A stretch of DNA of 64,000 nt from an uncultured Flavobacteriaceae bacterium (GTDB lineage Bacteria; Bacteroidota; Bacteroidia; Flavobacteriales; Flavobacteriaceae): assembly GCA_947502975.1 (NCBI GenBank), contig CANNBV010000002.1:685251-749250 (forward strand), given 5' to 3'. The position numbers and the translations under genes are program-made. Positions 1-7,425 of the stretch are shown here, piece after piece (within the stretch, counting starts at the first letter, position 1; the number at the start of each line of letters is the position of its first letter). The notes under the pieces are model-generated. The model ran no database searches and had not been told where the DNA came from. It saw only the letters and a list, made by a program, of their open reading frames with translations.

Positions 1-188
1 GATAAACCTATGTATAATGGATAGATATTAATAAGACTTCTTAGAAAACAATAAAAACTCATTATAGTAAATGAATTATTTAAACAATGAGATGTAATTG
101 CGCTAAGTGATACCTGAGAAAATATGATTTTAGAGATTAAAATAAGTACGGTAATCTGAAAAAAAGTTGTATTGAATTCAAGTTTCAT
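1..188 (-). CDS. Possible 5' end of a membrane-protein gene running off the left edge (not in the ORF track)
   Basis: The minus-strand frame is open from the ATG at 188-186 (in-frame TGA immediately upstream) to position 1. It reads MKLEFNTTFFQITVLILISKIIFSQVSLSAITSHCLNNSFTIMSFYCFLRSLINIYPLYIGL..., which is hydrophobic. No family recognised. Confidence 0.3.
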   Translation of the reverse strand, partial: MKLEFNTTFFQITVLILISKIIFSQVSLSAITSHCLNNSFTIMSFYCFLRSLINIYPLYIGL

Positions 189-196
189 AAAGTATC

Positions 197-278
197 AATT
201 TTGAAAGGTTAAATTAGTCTGGTGAAATAATGTGTACACTAAATCTATTCCTTATTTAATAATTTTGAAAGGTGAAAT
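197..278. repeat. 18-bp direct repeat AATTTTGAAAGGT(T/G)AAAT, two copies (197-214 and 261-278)
   Basis: The copies are 17/18 identical and 64 bp apart, in the non-coding gap upstream of the possible edge ORF. Confidence 0.6.
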
Positions 279-341
279 GAGTGAACTGGCATTTTCATTT
301 ATTCAACAGTTAATTATTTACTTTAGATCGTATAAGTTCAA

Positions 342-725
342 TTAATAGTATTCATTAGAAATAAATTTTAAATCAATCATTAAGAAAAAAAGCAAGCCTA
401 GCCCATAAGCTAGCAAATCGGTAAGATGGAATGTGCTACCCAACAATAAGATGGCCACTTTATTTTTCTCCATATTTAGTAGGCTAAGTATATTAAGTAG
501 TTGGAGCAGCTCGATACATAGGGCAAAAAGAAATACTGCTATGGCTAGTTTAATTGCATTTATATGAAAAAAACTTTTAAAGAAGCAATAGATTAAAATC
601 ACTACTAGAAAATCACCAACAGTGTGACGAATAAATCCTGTTTTTAGGTATATGGCGATGAGCACCTCAACAAGTAATAATACTAATGTTAAGATTGTAT
701 ATGTTTTATTGAATTTAAGCATCAT
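342..725 (-). CDS. Small multi-pass membrane protein, DUF2809-like
   Basis: 127 aa with 4 predicted TM segments. The GDFLVV...STFHLTDLLAYGLG pattern resembles DUF2809. Overlaps the upstream ORF by 4 nt (operon). Confidence 0.5.
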   Translation of the reverse strand: MMLKFNKTYTILTLVLLLVEVLIAIYLKTGFIRHTVGDFLVVILIYCFFKSFFHINAIKLAIAVFLFALCIELLQLLNILSLLNMEKNKVAILLLGSTFHLTDLLAYGLGLLFFLMIDLKFISNEYY

Positions 726-1012
726 ATTGATTCAATTAAAATATAGAAGTATATTACTGCTATTGGTATATTTAACAATACAACCCCTATAGTTTTGAGT
801 GTTTTAATTCTATATCCTTTTGTACCTAACAGTGAAAATATTAGTGCCAGAAATGAAATGATGTTTATAATAGTTGCTATGAATATGAAAACTATTCCTG
901 GACCGATTAGAACATCTGATGATGGATTATAAAGCTGTAATGCAAATAGTATAGTTCCTACTCCAAAGCTAATAATGGCAATTGATTTACTTGTTGTTAT
1001 TATATTTTCCAT
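722..1012 (-). CDS. Small multi-pass membrane protein (track ORF 722..1045; internal ATG at 1012 preferred)
   Basis: Hydrophobic 96-107 aa protein. The upstream ATG at 1045 lies inside the conserved arm (ACGGCATCC) of a GC-rich intergenic repeat that carries the same CAT at its other copy (45262-45264), so MENIITTSK... at 1012 is the more likely start. Confidence 0.5.
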   Translation of the reverse strand: MENIITTSKSIAIISFGVGTILFALQLYNPSSDVLIGPGIVFIFIATIINIISFLALIFSLLGTKGYRIKTLKTIGVVLLNIPIAVIYFYILIESI

Positions 1013-1029
1013 AATGTTCTTCTGCGTTA

Positions 1030-1124
1030 GTGATTGAAACGGCATCCTTTTTTGAGGTGCGAGAAAAAGATATAGTAGAAAGCGCGGCCCCCGCTTTTGG
1101 GCGGGGGAAACGCCCTCAAAAAAA
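1030..1124 (+). repeat. GC-rich intergenic repeat, family B (copy 1, variant core)
   Basis: GTGATTGAAACGGCATCCTTTTTTGAGGTGCGAGAAAAAGATATAGTAGAAAGCGCGG-CCCCCGC-TTTTGG-GCGGGGG-AAACGCCCTCAAAAAAA. It shares arms with the copies at 5075, 38889, 45245 and 51870. An internal 7-bp GC hairpin and outer TTTTTTGAGG/CCTCAAAAAA arms are present. It may terminate creD transcription. Confidence 0.7.
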
Positions 1125-1139
1125 CACTAACCAATACAA

Positions 1140-2510
1140 TTAACCATTGTTCCAATCTATTTTTCGGGATACAAACATGACGATGGCTAGTATGAGGAAC
1201 AGACCAATACTACCTACGAGTAGTGCATAGTTTTCTAGTTGTATGATGACATAGATAAAAGCATATAATGCGCTTAAAGATGCCCCTATGAATAATGGGA
1301 ACTTAAATGTTTTTAATATAGATTTTGAGTATAAGGTGATGAGAACGATTACCGAAATACCAGCGATTAAATAGGCTTTTAAGAAATTACTGTGTTCTGA
1401 TATTGAGACTAAAAGTGTATAAAACATAGTAAGAGCAATACCAATCATTAAATATTGGAAAGGATGTATACTTATTTTGCTCAGCGTTTGGATGAGAAAA
1501 AATATAAGGAATGTAAGCCCTATAACTAAGAATCCATATTTTGCTGAACGTTCACTTTTTTGATATTCATCTACCATGACCATAAACTTTGTACCGAATG
1601 CAAATTGACTAAGGTTGGGAATGCTTTTAAGGTGTTGTTGCGAAAAAGCACGATTAATGTGCAATACTTTCCAGTCTGCTTTAAAACCATCTTTAGAGAT
1701 TTGTTTGGTTTCATCATTAGGCAAATAATTACCCATAAAACTAGGATCTGCCCAATTCGAGGCCATGTGCATTGTGGTAATTTTACCGATAGGAATAAGC
1801 TCAACTTTTCGGCTACCATTAAATGTAATTGAAAAGGTGAAATCTGTATTTTTAGACTTGAACACGTCTACATCTTTAATGAAACTAGATTCTAATACAT
1901 CGAGATTGTTATTTTTATTTTGGTTAAAATTGGTTTCAAAATTATAGGCTTTATCTTCTAGCTTTATTTGAATTTCACTTTTGATGCCTTTTAGGTTTGA
2001 AGTTTTTATGATGACTGTTGCATTATCCCATATAATATCTTCGTTTTTAACACCCTTAGCAGTTAAGTCAACAGGGATATAATGTCCAGTAAAGTCCATT
2101 TGAGTGGTAAAAACCGCAGATTCGAAATTACCTCGTTTTAAGGTTTTAGAGTTTACATCTACTTTAGAATTTAGTTGCTCTGGAAAAATGTAAGCATACT
2201 TAATATGTGTTTGTGTTTCCTTGAAATAAGTTTTGGTCTTTTCGTTATAGGTTTTTGTTTCTGTATACGTTTTATATGGAAGCTTTAATATGGGGCCATA
2301 AACTAAAACATTGTTACCCCATTTTTGATTGATTTCGTTTACAACGTCTTGTTGTCTATAGGCTCGCTCGTTAATTAAACTACTTATGTAGGATAATGGG
2401 ATTAATAGAATGATAACTAAAAACCCAACCATAAGCATTCGTGCCGTAATTGATGTTTTAAGCCAATGTCCAAATTTGTTGTGTTGCGGTGTGTGTTCTT
2501 GTGTTTCCAT
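1140..2510 (-). CDS. creD: Cell envelope integrity inner-membrane protein CreD
   Basis: 456 aa with an N-terminal TM, a large periplasmic region and a C-terminal block of 5 TMs. The N-terminus LLIPLSYISSLINERAYRQQDV resembles E. coli CreD LLIPIMLIRQVIVERADYRSDV. Confidence 0.8.
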   Translation of the reverse strand: METQEHTPQHNKFGHWLKTSITARMLMVGFLVIILLIPLSYISSLINERAYRQQDVVNEINQKWGNNVLVYGPILKLPYKTYTETKTYNEKTKTYFKETQTHIKYAYIFPEQLNSKVDVNSKTLKRGNFESAVFTTQMDFTGHYIPVDLTAKGVKNEDIIWDNATVIIKTSNLKGIKSEIQIKLEDKAYNFETNFNQNKNNNLDVLESSFIKDVDVFKSKNTDFTFSITFNGSRKVELIPIGKITTMHMASNWADPSFMGNYLPNDETKQISKDGFKADWKVLHINRAFSQQHLKSIPNLSQFAFGTKFMVMVDEYQKSERSAKYGFLVIGLTFLIFFLIQTLSKISIHPFQYLMIGIALTMFYTLLVSISEHSNFLKAYLIAGISVIVLITLYSKSILKTFKFPLFIGASLSALYAFIYVIIQLENYALLVGSIGLFLILAIVMFVSRKIDWNNG

Positions 2511-2526
2511 ATCTATAATTTTAAAG

Positions 2527-2545
2527 TACTTTGTTTTTCAAAGTA
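2527..2545. promoter_or_regulatory. Palindromic operator candidate TACTTTG-N5-CAAAGTA (site 1, upstream of creD)
   Basis: Perfect 7-5-7 inverted repeat 17 nt upstream of the creD start. The flanks AAAGTACTTTG / CAAAGTAAA are identical to site 2 at 3587-3605. Confidence 0.55.
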
Positions 2546-2597
2546 AAATGATAAAAAAATTTGATTTCTGTTTTGTCACTCCAGTCTTTGCTGGGGT

Positions 2598-2891
2598 CTA
2601 TTGTTTATTAATTAATTTTTCTAGTGCTTCTATATGTTTTTTAAATTCTAGTCTTCCTAGTTTGGTAGTAGAGTAGCGGGTGTTTGGCTTCCTACCTATA
2701 AACTGTTTTTCTACTTTTATATATTCAGCTTTTTCAAGAGCTTTTGTATGGCTTGCCAAATTGCCGTCAGTTGCACCTAAGAGTTCTTTCAACATATTAA
2801 AATCAGCATATTCGTTTACCATTAAGACAGACATGATACCTAGCCTAATACGGTGATCAAATAATTTATTTATGTTGTTAATTATACTCAT
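2598..2891 (-). CDS. Winged-helix transcriptional regulator (HTH_34 / ArsR-MarR-like)
   Basis: 97 aa. The pattern HRIRLGIMSVL...ATDGNLASHTKALEKAEYIKVEK...RKPNTRYSTTKLG is typical of small wHTH regulators commonly paired with creD in Bacteroidota. Confidence 0.75.
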   Translation of the reverse strand: MSIINNINKLFDHRIRLGIMSVLMVNEYADFNMLKELLGATDGNLASHTKALEKAEYIKVEKQFIGRKPNTRYSTTKLGRLEFKKHIEALEKLINKQ

Positions 2892-2897
2892 TTTGTC

Positions 2898-2917
2898 ATT
2901 CCCGCGAAGGCAGGAAT
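2898..2917. repeat. Short GC-rich hairpin repeat (GTCATTCCCGCGAAGGCAGGAATC type)
   Basis: ATTCCCGC-GAAG-GCAGGAAT stem-loop in the leader of the wHTH regulator gene. Same TTTGTCAT-hairpin-ATCT architecture as 26257-26277. Confidence 0.6.
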
Positions 2918-2935
2918 CTATTTTGATTTATAGCT

Positions 2936-2943
2936 CAAAGTTA
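2936..2943 (-). promoter_or_regulatory. Bacteroidota -7 promoter box TAACTTTG for the wHTH regulator
   Basis: Matches the TAnnTTTG consensus on the minus strand, 45 nt upstream of the start. Immediately preceded by two direct GCAGTATTCA repeats. Confidence 0.5.
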
Positions 2944-2967
2944 CTGAATACTGCGATTGAATACTGC

Positions 2968-3579
2968 TTACTTTTTTAGATCATATTTTAAATGCATCCA
3001 AGTGCCATAAATAATATGCATAAAACCAAAACCAATCACCCAAAGCCAAAACCCATAACCAGGTTTCCAAGCTCCAACTAATCCAAGAATTATTTGTACA
3101 TATCCTAAATATTGAATGTCTCCAATACTATATTTAGATGCATTTACTAAAGCTAGACCATAAAAAATTAACATTAAACCTCCCGATTGCCCATATTTAC
3201 CTTGACTTAAAATGATTAATATATAAAGACCACCAACAACTAGAGGAATTAAAAAGTTAAAGACAAGACGCCTTGAAGTAGTATCCCAAATTTTGGCACC
3301 ATCCTTTTTTGCTTTTCTGGTGGTTAAAAGAATACCTGTTCCAACACTCAATATTGCTACAATAACTAAAGTAAGTAGACAGCTCTCATAAACCCAGCCA
3401 TCAAGAATTAAATATCCATCACTGTAAGTTATAACTAGCCAATAAGCAATACCTGCACCAATTAAAGCATAAATACCAGCAAGTATACCCGATAGCCCAC
3501 TTAGTGAAATAAAGCGAGAAGATTTATTCATCATATTTTTAATCTCGCTAATGTCTTTTAGATAATCTTTTGATTCCAT
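2968..3579 (-). CDS. Multi-pass membrane protein of unknown function
   Basis: 203 aa, about 6 TM segments, no recognisable motif. Its start is 8 nt from operator-like site 2. Confidence 0.6.
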   Translation of the reverse strand: MESKDYLKDISEIKNMMNKSSRFISLSGLSGILAGIYALIGAGIAYWLVITYSDGYLILDGWVYESCLLTLVIVAILSVGTGILLTTRKAKKDGAKIWDTTSRRLVFNFLIPLVVGGLYILIILSQGKYGQSGGLMLIFYGLALVNASKYSIGDIQYLGYVQIILGLVGAWKPGYGFWLWVIGFGFMHIIYGTWMHLKYDLKK

Positions 3580-3586
3580 ATAAAAG

Positions 3587-3605
3587 TACTTTGAAATACA
3601 AAGTA
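3587..3605. promoter_or_regulatory. Palindromic operator candidate TACTTTG-N5-CAAAGTA (site 2)
   Basis: Perfect 7-5-7 inverted repeat in the divergent gap between the 203-aa membrane gene and the DUF1801 gene. Half-sites and flanks are identical to site 1. Confidence 0.55.
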
Positions 3606-3669
3606 AATAAAATTAATTTAATTATGACGTATAAATTTTTGTTAATTTTACGTTGAGTAAAAAAACACA

Positions 3670-4038
3670 ATGAATCCTGCAGAAGAATATATCTTAAATC
3701 AACCTGAACCGTATCGCTCTATTTTGATGCATATTCAAGTACTGATTGAGCATACAGTTCCAGATGCGGAATTGAAATATAAATGGCGAATTCCATGTTA
3801 CTATATTGGAGAAACACCCATGTGTTATTTAAACGCGAGTCATAAAAAACAATTTGTAGATGTTGGGTTTTGGCATTCTGCTTACCTCGATAAATTTGAT
3901 GAATACCTTGTTAGCGAAAACCGTAAAGTAGTTAAGTCGTTACGATATGCTTCTGTTGAAGATATTGATGATGATATATGTATTGCTATTTTGGAAGAAG
4001 CTAAAAAACAAAAGGGTAAATCATTCTACAATAAATAA
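3670..4038 (+). CDS. DUF1801 (YdhG-like) domain protein
   Basis: 122 aa. The size and the pattern KYKWRIPCYY...CYLNASHKKQFVDVGF are typical of the DUF1801 family. Confidence 0.65.
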   Translation: MNPAEEYILNQPEPYRSILMHIQVLIEHTVPDAELKYKWRIPCYYIGETPMCYLNASHKKQFVDVGFWHSAYLDKFDEYLVSENRKVVKSLRYASVEDIDDDICIAILEEAKKQKGKSFYNK

Positions 4039-4046
4039 ATTAACTT

Positions 4047-4116
4047 GTCGAGTGGTTTAGCTTATTATTTGGTTCTCGATACGATTTTTAGTGCCTCAAA
4101 ATCACTCGAACTGACA
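4047..4116. repeat. Hairpin repeat family A, back-to-back pair (TCGAGTG...GTTCTCGATAC...CACTCGAACTGACA)
   Basis: GTCGAGTGG-N-GGTTCTCGATAC-N21-CACTCGAACTGACA lies between convergent gene ends. It is related to 26295-26402 and 45279-45322. Confidence 0.6.
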
Positions 4117-4151
4117 TTTGACATTTAATTCAAAATTCAAAAAGGGTTCTT

Positions 4152-4970
4152 CTATAACGAACTTATTGTCTTTCTGATAGCTATTAAATTGGTGAGTAAC
4201 TTTTCTAAATTATCCAAATGTAACATATTCGCGCCGTCGCTTTTTGCGTTAGCAGGATCAAAGTGTGTTTCAATAAATAAACCATCAATATTATTTACCA
4301 CTCCGGCTCTGGCAATAGTTTCAATCATATCTGGTCTTCCTCCAGTAACGCCTGCACTTTGGTTTGGCTGTTGTAAGGAATGTGTAACGTCAAGCACTGT
4401 TGGTGCAAACTTACGCATGGTAGGAATGCCTCTAAAATCTACGATCATGTCTTGATAGCCAAACATAGTGCCTCTATCGGTAATCCATGCTTTGTTACTA
4501 CCAGCGTCTTTTACTTTTTGTACGGCATGTTTCATGGCTTCGGGGCTCATGAACTGTCCTTTTTTTAAGTTTACCACTTTTCCTGTTTTAGCAGCTGCAA
4601 CTACTAAATCGGTTTGGCGGACTAAAAAGGCAGGTATTTGCAATACATCTACATATTCGGCTGCTTTTTGGGCATCTGTAACTTCGTGAATATCTGTTAC
4701 TGTTGGTACATCAAAAGTTTCGGATACTTTTCTCAAGATTTTTAAAGCTTTCTCGTCTCCAATTCCTGTAAAACTATCAATTCTACTACGGTTTGCTTTT
4801 TTAAAACTACCTTTAAACACATATGGAATTTCTAATTTATCTGTTATGGCGACGACTTTTTCGGCGATGCGAAGTGCCATGTCTTCACCTTCAATAGCGC
4901 AAGGGCCACAGAGTAAAAAGAAATTGTTAGTATTGGTGTGTTTTAGTTTTGGAATTTCAGACAGTTGCAT
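4152..4970 (-). CDS. kdsA: 3-deoxy-8-phosphooctulonate (KDO8P) synthase
   Basis: 272 aa. Motifs GPCAIE, FKGSFKKANRS, DVTHSLQ and GLFIETH match the family. Confidence 0.92.
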   Translation of the reverse strand: MQLSEIPKLKHTNTNNFFLLCGPCAIEGEDMALRIAEKVVAITDKLEIPYVFKGSFKKANRSRIDSFTGIGDEKALKILRKVSETFDVPTVTDIHEVTDAQKAAEYVDVLQIPAFLVRQTDLVVAAAKTGKVVNLKKGQFMSPEAMKHAVQKVKDAGSNKAWITDRGTMFGYQDMIVDFRGIPTMRKFAPTVLDVTHSLQQPNQSAGVTGGRPDMIETIARAGVVNNIDGLFIETHFDPANAKSDGANMLHLDNLEKLLTNLIAIRKTISSL

Positions 4971-4989
4971 ATGCTTACCTTTTAAGGCG

Positions 4990-4997
4990 CAAAGTTA
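4990..4997 (-). promoter_or_regulatory. -7 promoter box TAACTTTG for kdsA
   Basis: TAnnTTTG on the minus strand, 20 nt upstream of the kdsA ATG. Confidence 0.55.
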
Positions 4998-5074
4998 CAA
5001 AAAGAGTGTCACTTAAAACTGTTGTTTTCTGGTAAGTGTTTGCTTTAGGAAATTACTGCTTTTGGCGGATATGT

Positions 5075-5167
5075 GCGTTAGGGATTGCAGAGGAAAGCCC
5101 ACAGCCCGACGAAGGAGGTGCGAGGACTTGTAACGTAAAGCCCGACCCTTTAGGGGAACGCCCAAAA
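5075..5167 (+). repeat. GC-rich intergenic repeat, family B (copy 2)
   Basis: GCGTTAGGGATTGCAGAGGAAAGCCCACAGC...GGAGGTGCGAGGACTTG...AAAGCCCGACCCTTTAGGGGAACGCCCAAAA. It is about 85% identical by eye to the reverse complement of 51870-51956. Confidence 0.8.
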
Positions 5168-5252
5168 TACTATTTTAATTAACGGAACCGTAAGTTGGTT
5201 GTAATACAAATTTTAATTACAACATATGTTTAACTATCTGATAAATAACATG

Positions 5253-5260
5253 TACCTTTG
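5253..5260 (+). promoter_or_regulatory. -7 promoter box TACCTTTG for typA
   Basis: TAnnTTTG, 23 nt upstream of the typA ATG. Confidence 0.55.
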
Positions 5261-5283
5261 CACGCTTAAAATAAGGCACTATT

Positions 5284-7083
5284 ATGGCTAATATTAAAAA
5301 TATTGCAATTATTGCACACGTTGATCACGGTAAAACAACATTGGTTGATAAAATAATGTACCATTGTCAATTGTTTCGTGAGAATGAAAATACAGGGGAT
5401 TTAATTCTAGATAATAATGATTTAGAACGTGAAAGAGGCATTACTATTACTTCTAAAAACGTTTCTGTAATTTATAAAGATACTAAAATTAATATTATTG
5501 ATACTCCTGGTCACGCCGATTTTGGTGGAGAAGTAGAGCGTGTTTTAAATATGGCTGATGGTGTGTTATTATTGGTGGATGCTTTTGAGGGACCAATGCC
5601 GCAAACTCGTTTTGTATTGCAAAAGGCCATAGATTTAGGTTTAAAACCATGTGTGGTTATCAATAAAGTGGATAAAGAAAATTGTACGCCTGATGAGGTA
5701 CATGAGAAGGTTTTTGATTTGATGTTTGAATTGGGTGCTGAGGAGTGGCAATTGGATTTTCCGACGGTTTATGGTTCTGCAAAGAACAATTGGATGAGCG
5801 AGGATTGGCAAAATGAAACTAAAAATATTGAGCCTTTACTTGATATGGTAATTGAACATATTCCTGAGCCAAAAATTGAAGAAGGGACTACACAGATGCT
5901 AATAACATCACTGGATTTTTCTTCGTTTACAGGAAGAATTGCTATTGGGCGTTTAACTCGCGGAGAGTTAAAAGTGAATCAAAATATTTCTTTAGTTAAA
6001 AGAGATGGTTCTATTGTGAAATCTAGAATTAAAGAACTGCACATATTTGAAGGTTTAGGTCGAAAGAAGGTTGAAGAAGTAATAGCTGGTGATATTTGTG
6101 CGATTGTTGGTCTTGAAGGTTTTGAGATTGGTGATACCGTTGCAGATTGGGAAAACCCTGAAGGCCTAAAAACTATTGCTATTGATGAGCCTACAATGAG
6201 TATGTTGTTTACTATTAACGATTCTCCATTTTTTGGTAAAGATGGAAAATACGTGACTTCTAGGCATATTAAAGAGCGTTTAACCAAAGAATTAGAGAAA
6301 AACTTGGCATTACGCGTTGAGGAGACAGATAGTGCTGATAAATTTATGGTGTTTGGCCGTGGTGTATTGCATTTATCTGTATTGATAGAAACAATGCGTC
6401 GTGAGGGGTATGAATTGCAAATAGGGCAGCCTCAAGTGATTATTAAAGAAGTAGATGGTGTAAAATGTGAACCTGTAGAAGAAATGACGATAGATTTACC
6501 AGAAACTGTTTCTGGAAAAGCTATAGAAATGGTTACTATGCGAAAAGGAGAAATGCTAAGTATGGAAGCTAAAGGAGAGCGAATGGTTTGTGAGTTTATT
6601 GTACCATCTAGAGGAATTATAGGTTTAAGAAATCAGTTGCTTACTGCCACTGCTGGTGAAGCGATTATGGCTCACCGTTTTAAAGAATATCAACCTTTAA
6701 AAGGAGGAATTCCAGAACGCCAGAATGGAAGTTTAGTGTCTATGGAAAATGGTCAAGCTATTCCTTATTCAATAGATAAATTACAGGAAAGAGGTAAATT
6801 CTTCATTGATCCAGGTGAAGATATTTATGAAGGACAAGTTATTGGTGAAAATTCCAGAGGCGATGATATGACTGTAAACGTTACTAAAACTAAAAAGTTA
6901 AGTAATGTACGTTCTTCAGGAGCTGATGACAAGGCTAAAATAGTACCTGCAATTAAGTTTTCTTTAGAAGAAGCCTTAGAATATATCCAAAAGGATGAAT
7001 ATGTTGAGGTTACTCCAAATCATTTACGTTTAAGAAAGATATTTTTAACGGAAGTAGAACGTAAGCGTAATAAATCTGTTTAA
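5284..7083 (+). CDS. typA: Translational GTPase TypA/BipA
   Basis: 599 aa with G motifs AHVDHGKTT, DTPGH and NKVD. The EF-G-like domains and C-terminal domain are typical of BipA. Confidence 0.95.
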   Translation: MANIKNIAIIAHVDHGKTTLVDKIMYHCQLFRENENTGDLILDNNDLERERGITITSKNVSVIYKDTKINIIDTPGHADFGGEVERVLNMADGVLLLVDAFEGPMPQTRFVLQKAIDLGLKPCVVINKVDKENCTPDEVHEKVFDLMFELGAEEWQLDFPTVYGSAKNNWMSEDWQNETKNIEPLLDMVIEHIPEPKIEEGTTQMLITSLDFSSFTGRIAIGRLTRGELKVNQNISLVKRDGSIVKSRIKELHIFEGLGRKKVEEVIAGDICAIVGLEGFEIGDTVADWENPEGLKTIAIDEPTMSMLFTINDSPFFGKDGKYVTSRHIKERLTKELEKNLALRVEETDSADKFMVFGRGVLHLSVLIETMRREGYELQIGQPQVIIKEVDGVKCEPVEEMTIDLPETVSGKAIEMVTMRKGEMLSMEAKGERMVCEFIVPSRGIIGLRNQLLTATAGEAIMAHRFKEYQPLKGGIPERQNGSLVSMENGQAIPYSIDKLQERGKFFIDPGEDIYEGQVIGENSRGDDMTVNVTKTKKLSNVRSSGADDKAKIVPAIKFSLEEALEYIQKDEYVEVTPNHLRLRKIFLTEVERKRNKSV

Positions 7084-7310
7084 TGATGTTTTTAGGGATT
7101 GAAATAGTAGAGTGGTTGGGCTATGCAGCAATGGCTACTGTTTTAGTGTCTTTCTTAATGAAGTCCATTACTAAGTTAAGACTCGTAAATGCAGTAGGGT
7201 GTTTGTTGTTTATATTATATGGGTTTTATTTAGAACCCATATCAAAACCAATTATCATTACTAATGCTGCAATTTTAGTTATAAACTTATATCATGCCCT
7301 AAAAAAATAG
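7083..7310 (+). CDS. Small 3-TM membrane protein
   Basis: 75 aa, hydrophobic. The start overlaps the typA stop (TAATG), suggesting coupling. Family not securely recognised. Confidence 0.5.
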   Translation: MMFLGIEIVEWLGYAAMATVLVSFLMKSITKLRLVNAVGCLLFILYGFYLEPISKPIIITNAAILVINLYHALKK

Positions 7311-7357
7311 TGGGATTTCTCAGTGTATAAACAATAATTCTCTTATGATTCGTTTTG

Positions 7358-7365
7358 TATATTTG
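7358..7365 (+). promoter_or_regulatory. -7 promoter box TATATTTG upstream of the polysaccharide operon
   Basis: TAnnTTTG, 61 nt upstream of the TTG start at 7426. Confidence 0.4.
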
Positions 7366-7425
7366 AGAGCTCTATGACTATAAAATGTAGAAGTTTTTGA
7401 TTGTCACCGCAACAAATCATGTCTT

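Noticed and set aside
1560-1947. Track ORFs 1560..1832(+), 1571..1819(-) and 1765..1947(+) inside creD
   Set aside because: They are fully embedded in, or antisense to, a 456-aa CDS with clear CreD similarity. Their translations are low-complexity with no motifs. These are typical shadow ORFs in AT-rich DNA.
2410-2676. 88-aa plus-strand ORF spanning the creD start, the intergenic gap and the regulator 3' end
   Set aside because: It is antisense to two well-supported genes, Cys/Ile-rich and implausible as a protein. It also crosses the palindromic site.
4111-4125. CTGACATTTGACATT, a near copy of the FNR-type box
   Set aside because: The second half-site is GACAT rather than GTCAT, so it is a direct repeat and not a dyad. 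It lies between two convergent gene ends with no promoter to serve, and it is part of the family A repeat terminus (CACTCGAACTGACA).
4189-4689. Three plus-strand ORFs (4189..4455, 4380..4568, 4468..4689) antisense to kdsA
   Set aside because: kdsA is unambiguous. The antisense frames have no start context or recognisable motifs.
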